A stretch of DNA of 64,000 nt from Bugula neritina. Its lineage: Eukaryota; Animalia; Bryozoa. The translations under genes and the position numbers were made by a program. This document shows, one piece after another, positions 43,701-53,330 of this stretch. The notes under the pieces are model-generated. The model ran no database searches. It was given only the letters and a program-made list of their open reading frames with translations, and was not told the origin of the DNA. The DNA lies in contig OZ037766.1 of assembly GCA_964035545.1 (NCBI GenBank), positions 310,001-374,000 on the forward strand, written 5' to 3'. Numbering within the stretch: position 1 is the first letter of the stretch; each line of letters starts with the position of its first letter.

Positions 43701-44147
43701 TGTACACTACTCACCTGTACACTACTCACCTGTACACTACTCACCTGTACACTACTCACCTGTACACTACTCACCTGTACACTACTCACCTGTACACTAC
43801 TCACCTGTACACTACTCACCTGTACACTACTCACCTGTACACTACTCACCTGTACACTACTCACCTGTACACTACTCACCTGTACACTACTCACCTGTAC
43901 ACTACTCACCTGTACACTACTCACCTGTACACTACTCACCTGTACACTACTCACCTGTACACTACTCACCTGTATACTACTCACCTGTTAATATTTCAGA
44001 CACGGCAACAGAGGATCCATTAAGATCAACTTCTCAGCAGACAGCCCGGGCACCTGGGAGGAAATGTTAACCATCAGTAGTCCAGTCACCTCTTTCCACG
44101 TCACTCTGATCGGCAAATGTCTCGCCCAATCACCTCTCAAACTCTAA
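22548..44147 (+). CDS. CEP192: Centrosomal protein 192 / Spd-2 orthologue, 24 coding exons, about 1564 aa
   Basis: Phase-consistent exons: 22548-22645, 27837-27877, 28016-28078, 29015-29854, 30745-30877, 31060-31178, 31275-31402, 31806-32380, 33389-33501, 33752-34022, 34487-34610, 38611-38733, 39034-39159, 39338-39500, 39710-39843, 39937-40157, 40406-40612, 41127-41385, 42093-42273, 42388-42470, 42552-42756, 42888-43168, 43326-43384, 44000-44147 (4695 nt). A Ser/Thr-rich low-complexity N-terminal half is followed by tandem ASH/PapD-like domains (NLSNRWCQV, LDFGPL..LTIKNTS, VPLRNCGDIPV), the Spd2-domain signature LPIYGYGG..LRNVGYQKAFI and a CEP192-like C-terminus (LAPPF..VTLIGKCL). The ATG directly follows an acceptor, so upstream exon(s) may exist. 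Confidence 0.85.
22677..22842. repeat. 21-bp minisatellite, about 8 copies
   Basis: Unit TCAGTCTGTCACATCWCATAT. Confidence 0.9.
23062..27749 (-). mobile_element. Full-length Ty3/Gypsy LTR retrotransposon (Mag-like, single gag-pol ORF), antisense within a CEP192 intron
   Basis: 261-bp TG..CA LTRs at 23062-23322 and 27489-27749, identical by eye. 5-bp TSD GTGTC at 23057-23061 and 27750-27754. PBS TGGTGTCAGAAGTG at 27475-27488 (matches a tRNA-Leu 3' end). PPT AGAAAGGGGAGA at 23323-23334. Confidence 0.97.
23519..27454 (-). CDS. Gag-Pol polyprotein, 1311 aa
   Basis: Two Zn knuckles (CHSCGSSH..C, CNKCGKFNHFAKVC), protease VDTGA, RT LPFGL..YIDD, RNase H VDASS, integrase HHCC and D..SDNG..E. The order PR-RT-RH-IN is Gypsy-type. 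Confidence 0.97.
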   Translation of the reverse strand: MATRAPSSFDFTNPSGWGEWIRRYGRYHNVTKMSKEADDLQIDSLLYTMGEAAEDIFIQLPLTNDDRKKYDKVKEAFDTYFKPRTNKAHHIVQFNGRTQEPNENNEEYIRALYSLAQHCEFGNAVNDNIKYRLLTGMKDKALSIELQQLTEDQLTLENVSQRMRAKEIIQRNLASAAPEQPADVDAIRKKDYSNNFQPKKHTMDIINNCHSCGSSHRRRHCPAYGKSCNKCGKFNHFAKVCRSKAITKSTTNAVQVPDATTDVNEEPCMFNVELCSNVKLNACNSSVWFENFVFGKTKVAMKVDTGAQVNVLTRDIFENLDVSRELRKAGTRLTGYTGHVIPVDGVVELPFSFRGKTYKSEFYVTTAKNTPLLGLPTIKELGLIGIDQVEQVDTDSSKLIVEEFKDVFKGFGKLDIEHHITLRPEAKPVVCNVRPVPINVKPKLKAELDRLEKLEIIQKCNEPSDWVSPIVVAEKPNNQIRLCLDPRLLNKEIMREYYKLPTTTEIYSRIGQSKFFSTLDATNGFHQIPLDVESCKLTTFITPYGRYNYKRLPFGLNSSAEVFHKTMCQKLGDIEGIEIYIDDLLIHAPTKEIHDRRLREVLLRCREINLKLNPEKCAIGRQVVNFLGHEISGDGILPKRNRAKAIQEMLTPTCKNDVQRFLGFVNYMGKFCPDLANETQPLRQLLKKNTTFIWEKAHNNAFVKIKQLVSNAPLLMHFNSDEEITLQVDASSFSLGAVLMQKGQPVEFAAKSLTDTQKRYAQIEKELLAVLFGCRKFHYYVYGGSKFFVQTDHKPLLGIVEKNIEDTNPRIRRMLLELMSYDFKLVYKKGNEMYIADMLSRASYPDIDTSVNVAEFDPMNKLPEMIFCSDQAKAEYKQAVLSDRELQALKLLVINGWPPYRKSCSFVGRKYWLWRNEIGICDEFLFVGSKLIVPMSKQTEILQKLHKSHQGIVKTKALAKTAVFWPGINNQIEEMIQSCVQCRENIEQQCRQPMMASEIPKYPFHTVAADLFSLDGNDFMLIVDYFIKWLIIEPLKTTTSSSVIQCFEKTFADFGVACVLRSDNGPQFTSQQFKIFLNEQGIEHLTSSPGYPQSNGCAERYVRTAKALLKKCKAEGKTFYGGLRNLRNTPISDKIPSPAVLLQGRVLPDTLPRDLKTLFPNSYDKQIIQNEFEIVKSTQKLNYDRHAKSELSVLKPGQRVRAKINDKWILGKIQKQDLTGPRSYWVVTNENKLYRRTRGDITLTNEPQQISTPVLPPMHRSIPAVPGPPIDQADDSNSSQSENSSNVNPPGAYRTQRGRLVRKPERLGYDM
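28495..28964. repeat. 14-bp minisatellite (GTAATATATCTATR)n
   Basis: About 33 copies in a CEP192 intron. Confidence 0.95.
29326..29463 (+). repeat. Exonic 15-bp repeat encoding (SLPVS)n
   Basis: TCACTTCCTGTYAGC, about 9 copies inside CEP192 exon 29015-29854. Confidence 0.9.
29875..30328. repeat. 37-bp minisatellite, about 12 copies
   Basis: Unit TATTATATAGTATATCAGYTAGTAGAGTATAATACTG. Confidence 0.95.
30879..31022. repeat. 27-bp minisatellite, about 5 copies
   Basis: Unit GAGYTCTATACTTGCGAGCAGTTCATT. It starts at the intron donor. Confidence 0.9.
31410..31757. repeat. 22-bp minisatellite, about 16 copies
   Basis: Unit ACATGTGTTACTACACTACACY. Confidence 0.95.
32425..33377. repeat. 26-bp minisatellite, about 36 copies
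   Basis: Unit GTAYACAGTATAATATACTACTCACA. Confidence 0.95.
33501..33740. repeat. 23-bp minisatellite made of copies of the splice donor, about 10 copies
   Basis: Unit T|GTAAGTAYATCACCTGGTACAG. The first copy is the donor of exon 33389-33501. Confidence 0.93.
34090..34499. repeat. 63-bp minisatellite containing the acceptor junction, 7 junction copies
   Basis: Unit CTGACAG|GTGGTGTCAGGTGCTTGTTATATTACTCTGTCACCTCTGAGACTAYACTATGCTTG. The last copy supplies the in-frame acceptor at 34487. Confidence 0.93.
34670..38616. repeat. About 3.9-kb variant-unit minisatellite (about 38-47 bp, roughly 90 copies) containing the acceptor junction
   Basis: Constant core GTACTACTCTGTAG|GTGTGGTGGTAGTCAGTAGAG plus a variable linker (AGTGT, AGAGT, AGTTCACTGT and others). 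The last copy reads into exon 38611 (GTGTGGCTAAAC). Confidence 0.97.
38745..39030. repeat. 22-bp minisatellite, about 13 copies
   Basis: Unit TATTACTATACYGTATACTDTG. Confidence 0.9.
40620..41122. repeat. Degenerate (TAC)n microsatellite
   Basis: About 500 bp of TAC/CTA repeats filling the intron. Confidence 0.95.
41402..41976. repeat. 38-bp minisatellite, about 15 copies
   Basis: Unit CCTATCTATATAACCTCARCTACTCTACATTCTACTCT. Confidence 0.95.
43494..43988. repeat. 15-bp minisatellite (CACTACTCACCTGTA)n, about 33 copies
   Basis: Near-perfect array ending about 12 nt before the last CEP192 acceptor. Confidence 0.97.
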
Positions 44148-44446
44148 TGACACAAAATATTAACTCATCATGTGAATTCTTAGTATTTTCTTAGAATTGA
44201 TTGTCACTGAATCTTCTAACTCTGTTTTATATTCCCTTCTGTCCTCAAACCTTCCCATGACATGTTAGTTCTTTACATACAGTTGCTATTTATTGTTCAT
44301 AATTATTATCTTTTTAGTAAAGGAATTTAGCTAATAAATGCAGTTGCAATGCACAGGTAAACTTTTGCACTTATTTTAAATTGTGATTTCCCTCATTATT
44401 CTAACACTTCCAGTGAAATCTCATTTATCAGTCAAACAACATTATA

Positions 44447-44826
44447 TTATTATAGTGTAGGTATATATTATTATATTGTAGGTATATATTATTATAGTGT
44501 AGGTATATATTATTATAGTGTAGGTATATGTTATTATAGTGTAGGTATATATTATTATAGTGTAGGTATATGTTATAGTGTAGGTATATGTTATTATAGT
44601 ATAGGTATATATTATTCTAGTGTAGGTATATATTATTATAGTGTAGGTATATATTGTTATAGTGTAGGTATATATTATTATAGTGTAGGTATATATTATA
44701 GTGTAGGTATATGTTATTATAGTATAGGTATATATTATTCTAGTGTAGGTATATATTATTATAGTGTAGGTATATGTTATTATAGTGTAGGTATATATTA
44801 TTACAGTGTAGGTATATATTATTATA
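44447..44826. repeat. About 22-bp AT-rich minisatellite
   Basis: Unit ATTATTATAGTGTAGGTATATR. Confidence 0.9.
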
Positions 44827-44849
44827 ATAGAAGTATTTCATGTTTTAGC

Positions 44850-45255
44850 CTGTTACCTTCTTTACCTGCTATCTATATCATATGTTACTTTCTCTACCTG
44901 CTATCTATATCATATGTTACCTTCTTTACCTGCTATCTATATCATATGTTACTTTCTCTACCTGCTATCTATATCATATGTTACTTTCTCTACCTGCTAT
45001 CTATATCATATGTTACCTTCTTTACCTGCTATCTATATCATATGTTACCTTCTTTACCTGCTATCTATATCATATGTTACCTTCTTTACCTGCTATCTAT
45101 ATCATATGTTGCCTTCTTTGCCTGCTATCTATATCATATGTTACCTTCTTAACCTGCTATCTAATTCATATGTTACTTTCTTGACCTGCTATCTATATCA
45201 TATGTCACTTTCTTTACCTGCTATCTATATCATATGTTACTTTCTTTACCTGCTA
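44850..45255. repeat. 32-bp minisatellite, about 12 copies
   Basis: Unit TGTTACYTTCTYTACCTGCTATCTATATCATA. Confidence 0.93.
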
Positions 45256-46964
45256 ATTGATACTTTGGTCTGCATTTGACAAGCTTGTGCATCTTGAGAA
45301 CTGAATATCCATAAGCTGTGGTTATTCCTACAAATATATTTTATATTAAGTTTAAAATTGGTAAATTCAATTTGGCAAGTTAAGACAGCACACACATTAC
45401 AATATAAATACTGGTAAACTTATCTACTAAATGTGTTCACAGCTCAGTTTGCTGTCCACAACAGTTATGCAATGCTTGTCAGTTTATCATAATATATTTT
45501 CTTTCATGGCATCCAGTTTATTGACTGGCGAAATTTTCTAGAATAAATTTGCATAATAATTACTGGATCGCATCTTTGATTACTAATGTTGGTTTATTGC
45601 ATAAGTGATGGCTTTTAGGTCCACTTAATTCAATTCCAATTGAGACTAATTTATTGAGATTTATAACTGTGTTTACAGGATGCACTGAATAACTAGCCTA
45701 CCTCAGTTTATTTATAGATGTCTGGAATTTATTATTAGTTTGCAATATAAATAACATTATACTTTACATGACCTGTCACCTCTTACACAGGAAGTGTAGC
45801 TATGAGCTGCTCAAATATGAGCTTTTAATATCGAATTTTATAATTCAGACCTTCACAAGCACTTGGCACTTCAATAAACATTTACAGTTCAAATAGAGCT
45901 CAAGATATTAATATTTAAAAACTTGAGCTGATTGAAAACGTTCATTCTACTATACTTGAAACATTTTTCTTTGAAATTAACAAGTATAGAAAAATTCAAG
46001 GTTATCTGTTTACACTGTTCAGCAAAAAGCTCTGTATAATTTAGGAATATTTACCAGTTTGGTATTAAAGTACCTTGAAATACAAACTTTCTTTTTCTCA
46101 AGTTGTTTTCAGGTTTTTACACCAAAGTTTATGTCAAACCAAATCTTTTTCTAAATCTATTTGTTCAATATGGCATTTTCATTTTGTCCATTTTAGCTGA
46201 AAATCTGGCAACTCTTAGGGAAATAAATTGTTTCATATTTGTGTGTTGAATAGGGTGTCACATGAACAGGAAGTCACACAAAACAAAATGGCAGCTATTT
46301 CCTGCTTTATGCTGACTATCTTCCACTCCCGTTGATAGATATAGTCAAACTGCAGCTATATTCAGCTTTATAGTAATCTATTTTAACTAATACTGTATAT
46401 ATGCATATATAAGACTTTTAGTTAACATGTTGCTGTTAGATGTATCAGGTGAGGTTGAGTAAACAAACAGCACTCTACTCCAGTATAATAAGAAGGCAGT
46501 CTCAATGGTCTGCAATATGAAAACATTTTTTTAAATTATATATTCTACATCTCAAGTTTAAAGAGCATTACCACACAATGTCACATGCACTACAAGGGCT
46601 TCACCATTGGCAGCAAGAGATAATCCTGTAATAAACAAAGATGCTGCCATCTGACACTGGAATACTGAAACAGCGGCTGTGAAAATGTTTATTTACATTT
46701 TGTAAACAGAAACTATATTAGACTTGAAAAAAGTTTTCTTTAATAGGGCAAAATATTTAGCCTACAATTTACACCAACTTACAATATATTTAATATTTAT
46801 AGCTAATATATTCTCACCTTTTCTCACCTATAATATAGCTAAAATATCGTATATTATATATTCTGATCATTATTATATCAGATAATGCACATCCTATTTC
46901 AGTATAAAATATATTATAGATATGCTATTACAGTTTGTATTATATAAATATACCATAACAGTGC

Positions 46965-47152
46965 TTGTTATAATATAAATATACTATAATACAGTATTTG
47001 CTATAATATAGATATACTATAATACAGTATTTGTTATAATATAGATATACTATAATACAGTATTTCTTATAATATAGATATACTATAATACAGTATTTGT
47101 TATAATATAGATATACTATAATACAGTATTTGTTATAATATATATATACTAT
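46965..47152. repeat. About 33-bp AT-rich minisatellite
   Basis: Unit TATAATATAGATATACTATAATACAGTATTTGT. Confidence 0.85.
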
Positions 47153-47458
47153 ACAGTCTATACTACAGTATTACACAATGAAATTTCAACAAAGTCAAAT
47201 AGACAATAGACAATGCTGATCATGTCAAACTGGCTGAACAGACACTAATTTGATCAAAACATTCAAGGTAATTACATTTACATAAGATTACACGTGGAAT
47301 TGACACACAAATCATTCATCATTTCAGTTGATCAGAAGATTTATCATGTTTTGGTTGTTTCCTGATTAGTTTTCGTATTAATTGTTTCTATATATAATTA
47401 AGCTCCTGTGACCTGCTGTTACTTGTTTGTTTGCTTTCTGAATTGAAAAATATATCAG

Positions 47459-47594
<136 letters not shown>

Positions 47595-48879
47595 TGTATA
47601 TTTATTGCTTTAAAAAAAATTATTTTACTAATTTATGCCATTTATTATGCATCGAAGCATATATCTTTTTAGCTGATAGTATTTATATAGATTGTAGAAA
47701 CTGATCAAAATATTGTACACACTGCTACATATTGGGCTATTTATGCAACTCTCAACCTGAGAAAAGAAACTCTAAAATCAGTAGAAAAGTAATTTATTAT
47801 TGAGCAGAGGAAATGATATGCAACAGAAAAATGAGTTCCCGAAAGAAAATAATAAACCAAGTTGAGGTGAGTTTGTCTCTCAAAACCGGACCCGAAGCAC
47901 GCCAGAAGAGGTCCTGCATAGATTAAGCACTTCCCAAAACACTGCCAGTGATTTATTGATGGAAGATGGAGGGCAGAAGGTCTCGTAGTAAATTTTGTTT
48001 GGCTAACTCAATCAATCATCTGTGGAAATAGCTCGTAAAACAATAAATTAATTTGAGAGTTTCTATAACAGCAAGAGAATAGAATTGACGATGTCCATGT
48101 AATCTGTTGGTGTGATTAAAGAAAGCCGTGGAGAAAAAACAGATTTAAGCTCCAAAAAAAGTGAATTGAGTCATTTTAGCAAAATGAGACAATCTTAAGG
48201 TATTATCTACTATTAATACATTAAAAATAGCATTGGACCACAGATGCTAACCAATTATAAGTGTTTTTCTTTCCGATATTTTGACAAAGGTGTATGTTAA
48301 CTGTAAAGTTTTCTCATTGATTAAAGTTAATCAGGTTCACATTAAGCAAGTTGCTTATTTATAATAATTCTTCTATAAAGTTTAATAAAATTATGAATAA
48401 TTCACCCTTAAAAACAAATATCTTTGCATATACTATTATGTTTGGCTAATCACATTAAACACTCAGACTACGAGAAAAGGGTTATAAAGATCGTACAGTC
48501 TAAGGATGTGTGCAGTGCATTGTTATAGAAATGAGGTACGTTATTTGCTATTTCTCAGCACTTTGTATTATGGCTGTAATAAATTCCTAGTTTTATAAAT
48601 TTGCTCAAATCTCTCACTTCTTTAAGAGATTTACATTTTCATAGCTTGTATTTGTAAGCTAGACTTCTTTGTAACGTACAGATAAATTTAGAAGAAATAA
48701 TCCACTGCTATTTAAGTTAGCCACAAGGCTTTCTGAAATCAACAATTATTTTCAGCAATTTTTTACTAAAGCAAAGTGCAACAATTATATTGAAAAATGT
48801 ATAAACTAGCTCTTTTTAATTCTTTCTTCGCCAGCTGTCAAGAATTAGTTTACAAATTGTAATGTTGAGTTTACCCAGT

Positions 48880-49140
48880 GGTCCAGTAGTGTAATGGTTA
48901 GCACACTTGCTTGCAAGCCAGAGGTCTCTGGTTCGATTCCCGGTGAGGGCAAAATTATTTTTCACAAACTTACTTGGAGTTACAGATATTATTTAAGGCT
49001 AACAAATCATATTTAAAAAACATCTGCCTCTATTTCTGTGAGTGAGTTTTTCAAGCAGATCAGCACATGCTGGACTAAAGATGGCCGCAACAACAGATTG
49101 AATGGCGTAAGTAGTTACTTAAAGCAGTTAATAATAATAT
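48880..49140 (+). mobile_element. tRNA-derived SINE (or tRNA pseudogene head) with an AT-rich tail
   Basis: A-box TAGTGTAATGG (48887-48897), B-box GGTTCGATTCC (48930-48940) and a TGC anticodon-like loop, but the acceptor and anticodon stems do not pair. The 3' boundary near (AAT)n at about 49130 is approximate. Confidence 0.6.
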
Positions 49141-49555
49141 TACTTGAACTGCTTTTATAGCACTATATTTGAATATTCTTCTCAGAGGGAATTAAAGTTA
49201 CCATTAACTAATATGGAGATATTGCTTACATATTTCTGATGGTTTTGTTGGTGTCCTAAAGATTGCTACTTCGCACATGTGACTTGACATGTGCGACTTA
49301 AAATGTGACTTGACACGTGACTCATCACTATTCAAGGAATGTTCTAAACCTAATCCACTAATAACCATTCCCCAGGTAAAGTAGAGGAGATGTAAGTGTG
49401 TGAAGCATGAGCTGTAAAGAGGGGTATAACATACCTACATTTCTAATGTTTATTCAGAAGCAAAACAAAGCTTTAACTTGAGTTGGCAGGCGGCAAGCAT
49501 TGTGGTTTATAGTGGAAACGTATTGATTATAGGTTATTGATTATAGTTTATTGAT

Positions 49556-49772
49556 GAGCCAATATCCAATCAATCAGTGTCACCTGGTAAACTCCTTACT
49601 TGGCAGTTTTCCTAATGACTTCCTATACTACGATGGAATGGCAAGTATTCTGCTAATTTACTGGCCTTTATGTAAGTTAATTACCTCAAGAAAGGTATAA
49701 AAGCAAGAGCTGGCCGTTAAGCTGATCAGAGTCACTCTGAAGTCCAGTAAAGCAACTCTTCAACCACTCAAA
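49556..49772 (+). promoter_or_regulatory. Core promoter and non-coding first exon of the peptide gene
   Basis: CCAAT twice (about 49559 and 49566), TATAAAA at 49696-49702, initiator-like TCAGA about 25 nt downstream, donor AAA|GTAAGT at 49773. Confidence 0.6.
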
Positions 49773-50048
49773 GTAAGTTGATATTATACCTATACCTGTA
49801 TATACCTGTACACTCAAAGTAAGTTGATATTATACCTACAGGTTCTACCTTGCAACTAATAATAAAATTCAACTTTGTTTTAGGTGAAAAAGTTGCTATC
49901 TCAATCTCGGCATGTCTTTGTGACTTTTAGAGCACAAAAACCATTTAATATTTTCACCTCATTAAATGAAGTTGTATATCCTAACTAATTTTTAATGTTG
50001 GAGATATTTTTTGAAGATATTATTTTTATTCTAGACTCCAAAAACAAC

Positions 50049-51777
50049 ATGAAGGTTCTTTTCTTTCTGCTGATTGCCCTTGTTGCCATGACAACAGCGC
50101 TGATATTTCCTCGTTATGGCCATGGTTATGGTCACAGATTTGGTTTTGGACTCAGGAGAAGTTTTATTAGACGAAGAGTTCATTTTGGATATGGCGGTGG
50201 CCTGTTCAGGTACTCTCAGTTTAACACAACTCAGTTGGTGTGTGCTCAATGTGAAGAGGGAAACTAGATTTACTCAGTATTTGAATTTTCCTCATCAAAT
50301 GTAGTTTTTCATTTGATTTATTTAGTGCTTCTCTCTTCTTGTCAAAATATTTACAAAACAATTTAAAAATTACAAGATAAGATAAAATATTTTATGTTTT
50401 CACAAGTTACACCAACACATGCAGGCAATGTGTAGCCTGTGAACCTTGCTTTAATATCTTCAATCCTGCGCTTAGTTCTCATAATATAAAATCTTATTCT
50501 TTCTTGTAGAGGTGGATTTGGCTTCCGAAAATATGGTGAGTTGAATTATTTGAAGATAAACTTTTTGTTTTCTTTAATAATAAAATAAATTGTTCATCAA
50601 TAAAACTAAATTGAAACAAATGTTAATAGTTTTCTTTTAACTAAAAAGACAGCTATTAATTTTCTATATTAAATCTATTGATGAATTTTCTTTGAAGTAC
50701 AAATTATTTGCTAGAATCTAGATGATATAATATGAACAGAGCATATTATATGTCTCATATGGTAGTAAACTACAGCATATTATATGTCTCATGTGGTAGT
50801 AAACTACAGTATATTATATGTCTCATATGGTAATAAACTATAGCATATTATATGTCTCATGTGGTAGTAAACTACAGCATATTATATGTCTCATATGGTA
50901 GTAAACTACAGCATATTATATGTCTCATGTTGTAGTAAACTATAGCATATTATATGTCTCATATGGTAGTAAACTACAGCATATTATATGTCTCATATGG
51001 TAGTAAACTACAGCATATTATATGTCTCATATGGTAGTAAACTACAGCATATTATATGTCTCATGTTGTAGTAAACTATAGCATATTATATGTCTCATAT
51101 GGTAGTAAACTACAGCATATTATATGTCTCATATGGTAGTAAACTACAGCATATTATATGTCTCATGTTGTAGTAAACTATAGCATATTATATGTCTCAT
51201 ATGGTAGTAAACTACAGCATATTATATGTCTCATATGGTAGTAAACTACAGCATATTATATGTCTCATGTGGTAGTAAACTACAGTATATTATATGTCTC
51301 ATATGGTAATAAACTATAGCATATTATATGTCTCATGTGGTAGTAAACTACAGCATATTATATGTCTCATATGGTAGTAAACTACAGCATATTATATGTC
51401 TCATGTTGTAGTAAACTATAGCATATTATATGTCTCATATGGTAGTAAACTACAGCATATTATATGTCTCATATGGTAGTAAACTACAGCATATTATATG
51501 TCTCATATGGTAGACAACTTGAGTTTGTGATGTTGCAGTTGGACATTAACTTTAATTAAACTTTCAGTTAAATTAGACAGATTAAATTTTCTTTATTTCA
51601 ATAACTTTACAATAATTGTATGAAGCTACTTACATGAACTATTTTGCATTAAACTTCAAATTCTCAACTAAAAACTGCAATCTGAACAAGAAGTTGAGTT
51701 AGGCTGGAGTTTGACAACAGCTAAGTCAGTAAGTGTGTGTTGAACATATTATTCTCTTTGCAGGTTCTTATTATTAA
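50049..51777 (+). CDS. Secreted Gly/Arg/Phe/Tyr-rich cationic peptide, 66 aa
   Basis: Exons 50049-50209, 50510-50535 and 51764-51777 join in frame: MKVLFFLLIALVAMTTA-LIFPRYGHGYGHRFGFGLRRSFIRRRVHFGYGGGLFRGGFGFRKYGSYY*. Start context AACAACATG, signal-peptide-like N-terminus, AATAAA at 51942. Confidence 0.8.
50740..51512. repeat. 34-bp minisatellite, about 22 copies
   Basis: Unit GCATATTATATGTCTCATRTKGTAGTAAACTAYA in the last intron of the peptide gene. Confidence 0.95.
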
Positions 51778-52349
51778 ACTGGACTGATATAGGATTGATA
51801 TTGGACTGATACTGGACTGATACTGGACTGAGAGACAAATGGAATTTTGGGATACATTTCACCATATCTAAAGCTAGCTAATTACTAGTAATTGTTAATT
51901 TTTGTTGTTAATTTTTACCAGCTGTTTTGTTACAAAAGTTGAATAAAATATTGTTACAAATTAACACAATCATCTCATTTAAATTTAAATTCTTTTTGAT
52001 AAGCAGCTAGAAGTAGTTCTATAAAACAATAATTCAGCTGCGTCATTCTATCTACTCAGACGGAGCTATTTAAGCATTCTAACTAAATTATTTAAATAAC
52101 CAGTTGAGAGTGAAAGTTACTTAATGATAATCATCACATGCACATTTATTGTATTCATAAAACATAAAATCATGAATAAAATCTCTGATATATAAATACA
52201 AAATATGAAATAATTATTTTATGATCATAAGTCACTCAAATCAAAGTCAAAATTTGATAAAGATATAAAAATGTTTGTAAATAATAGAAACTACACATAG
52301 AAGCATCAACATTGCAATGTAAATATCATCTTATATGATTAGACATACG

Positions 52350-52668
52350 AGTCAGCATGTGAGTGAAGGTACGTACAAGTCAGCAGGTGAGTGAAGGTAT
52401 GAGTCAGCAGGTGAGTGAAGGTACGTACAAGTCAGCAGGTGAGTGAAGGTATAAGTCAGCAGGTGAGTGAAGGTATAAGTCAGCAGGTGAGTGAAGGTAC
52501 GAGTTAGCAGGTGAGTGAAGGTACGAGTTAGCATGTGAGTGAAGGTATAAGTCAGCAGGTGAGTGAAGGTGTAAGTCAGCAGGTGAGTGAAGGTACAAGT
52601 CAGCAGGTGAGTGAAGGTACAAGTCAGCAGGTGAGTGAAGGTACAAGTCAGCAGGTGAGTGAAGGTAC
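52350..52668. repeat. 24-bp minisatellite, about 13 copies
   Basis: Unit GTCAGCAGGTGAGTGAAGGTAYRA, immediately 3' (minus strand) of the exon at 52675-52831. Confidence 0.93.
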
Positions 52669-52674
52669 ACATCA

Positions 52675-52831
52675 TCACTGGCAGCCGGTGTACTTCCTCC
52701 AGATACTGATCCACGTCCTGGCAGCATGTTTTACCTGTAGTCTCTGTAGAACTGAATGCTGGTTTATAACCTGATCTGATAGGTCCTTATTGTGTATGCT
52801 CATAAAATACTCCTTAAGGCCATCTGGTAAT
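52675..52831 (-). CDS. Orphan terminal coding exon; either an alternative last exon of the 54805-58379 gene or the end of another gene
   Basis: Acceptor TCTCTACAG, phase 2, reads LPDGLKEYFMSIHNKDLSDQVINQHSVLQRLQVKHAARTWISIWRKYTGCQ*. Minus-strand AATAAA at 52145-52150. Confidence 0.45.
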
Positions 52832-53154
52832 CTGTAGAGAATAAATCAGTTTTTAAAAGAACCTGTAATGACTTTATAATTAGAGAGTATGGCATAAAGT
52901 TACCACTATTTCACAGAGTACTTTCTAATATTAAACTTTATATAAGTTCTTTGTAACCAAAAAGCTCTTTCAGCTATCCTTAGAAAGTGTTAAAACTGTA
53001 TGTCAAACTTATTGAATAAAACCTTTTATTAACATTTAAAAACTATGATACAATATTGAAACAATTATTTGCTAATATTTTATATTCACTTTTTGTGCCA
53101 CTCATAGCAGAGCTAAGAGAATAATAGTCAAAGAACTAAGACGTGTACAATCTA

Positions 53155-53330
53155 GTAATATGGCAGGCTGTACTATTATATATTATAGTGTATATTATAA
53201 TAGTATGGCAGGCTGTACTATTTTATATTATAGTGTATATTATAATAGTATGACAGGCTGTACTATTATATATTATAGTGTATATTATAGTAGTATGGCA
53301 GGCTGTACTATTATATACTATAGTGTATAT
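53155..53330. repeat. 45-bp minisatellite, about 4 copies
   Basis: Unit AGTATGGCAGGCTGTACTATTATATATTATAGTGTATATTATAAT. Confidence 0.9.

Noticed and set aside
43487-43984. 165-aa (VQVSS)n ORF
   Set aside because: Antisense translation of the 15-bp repeat, with no gene context.
47800-48030. GC-richer exon-like segment on the minus strand
   Set aside because: All three frames stop soon after the apparent acceptor, so no product can be supported.
48880-48950. Functional tRNA-Ala(TGC) gene
   Set aside because: A and B boxes are present, but the acceptor and anticodon stems do not pair. A SINE head or pseudogene fits better.
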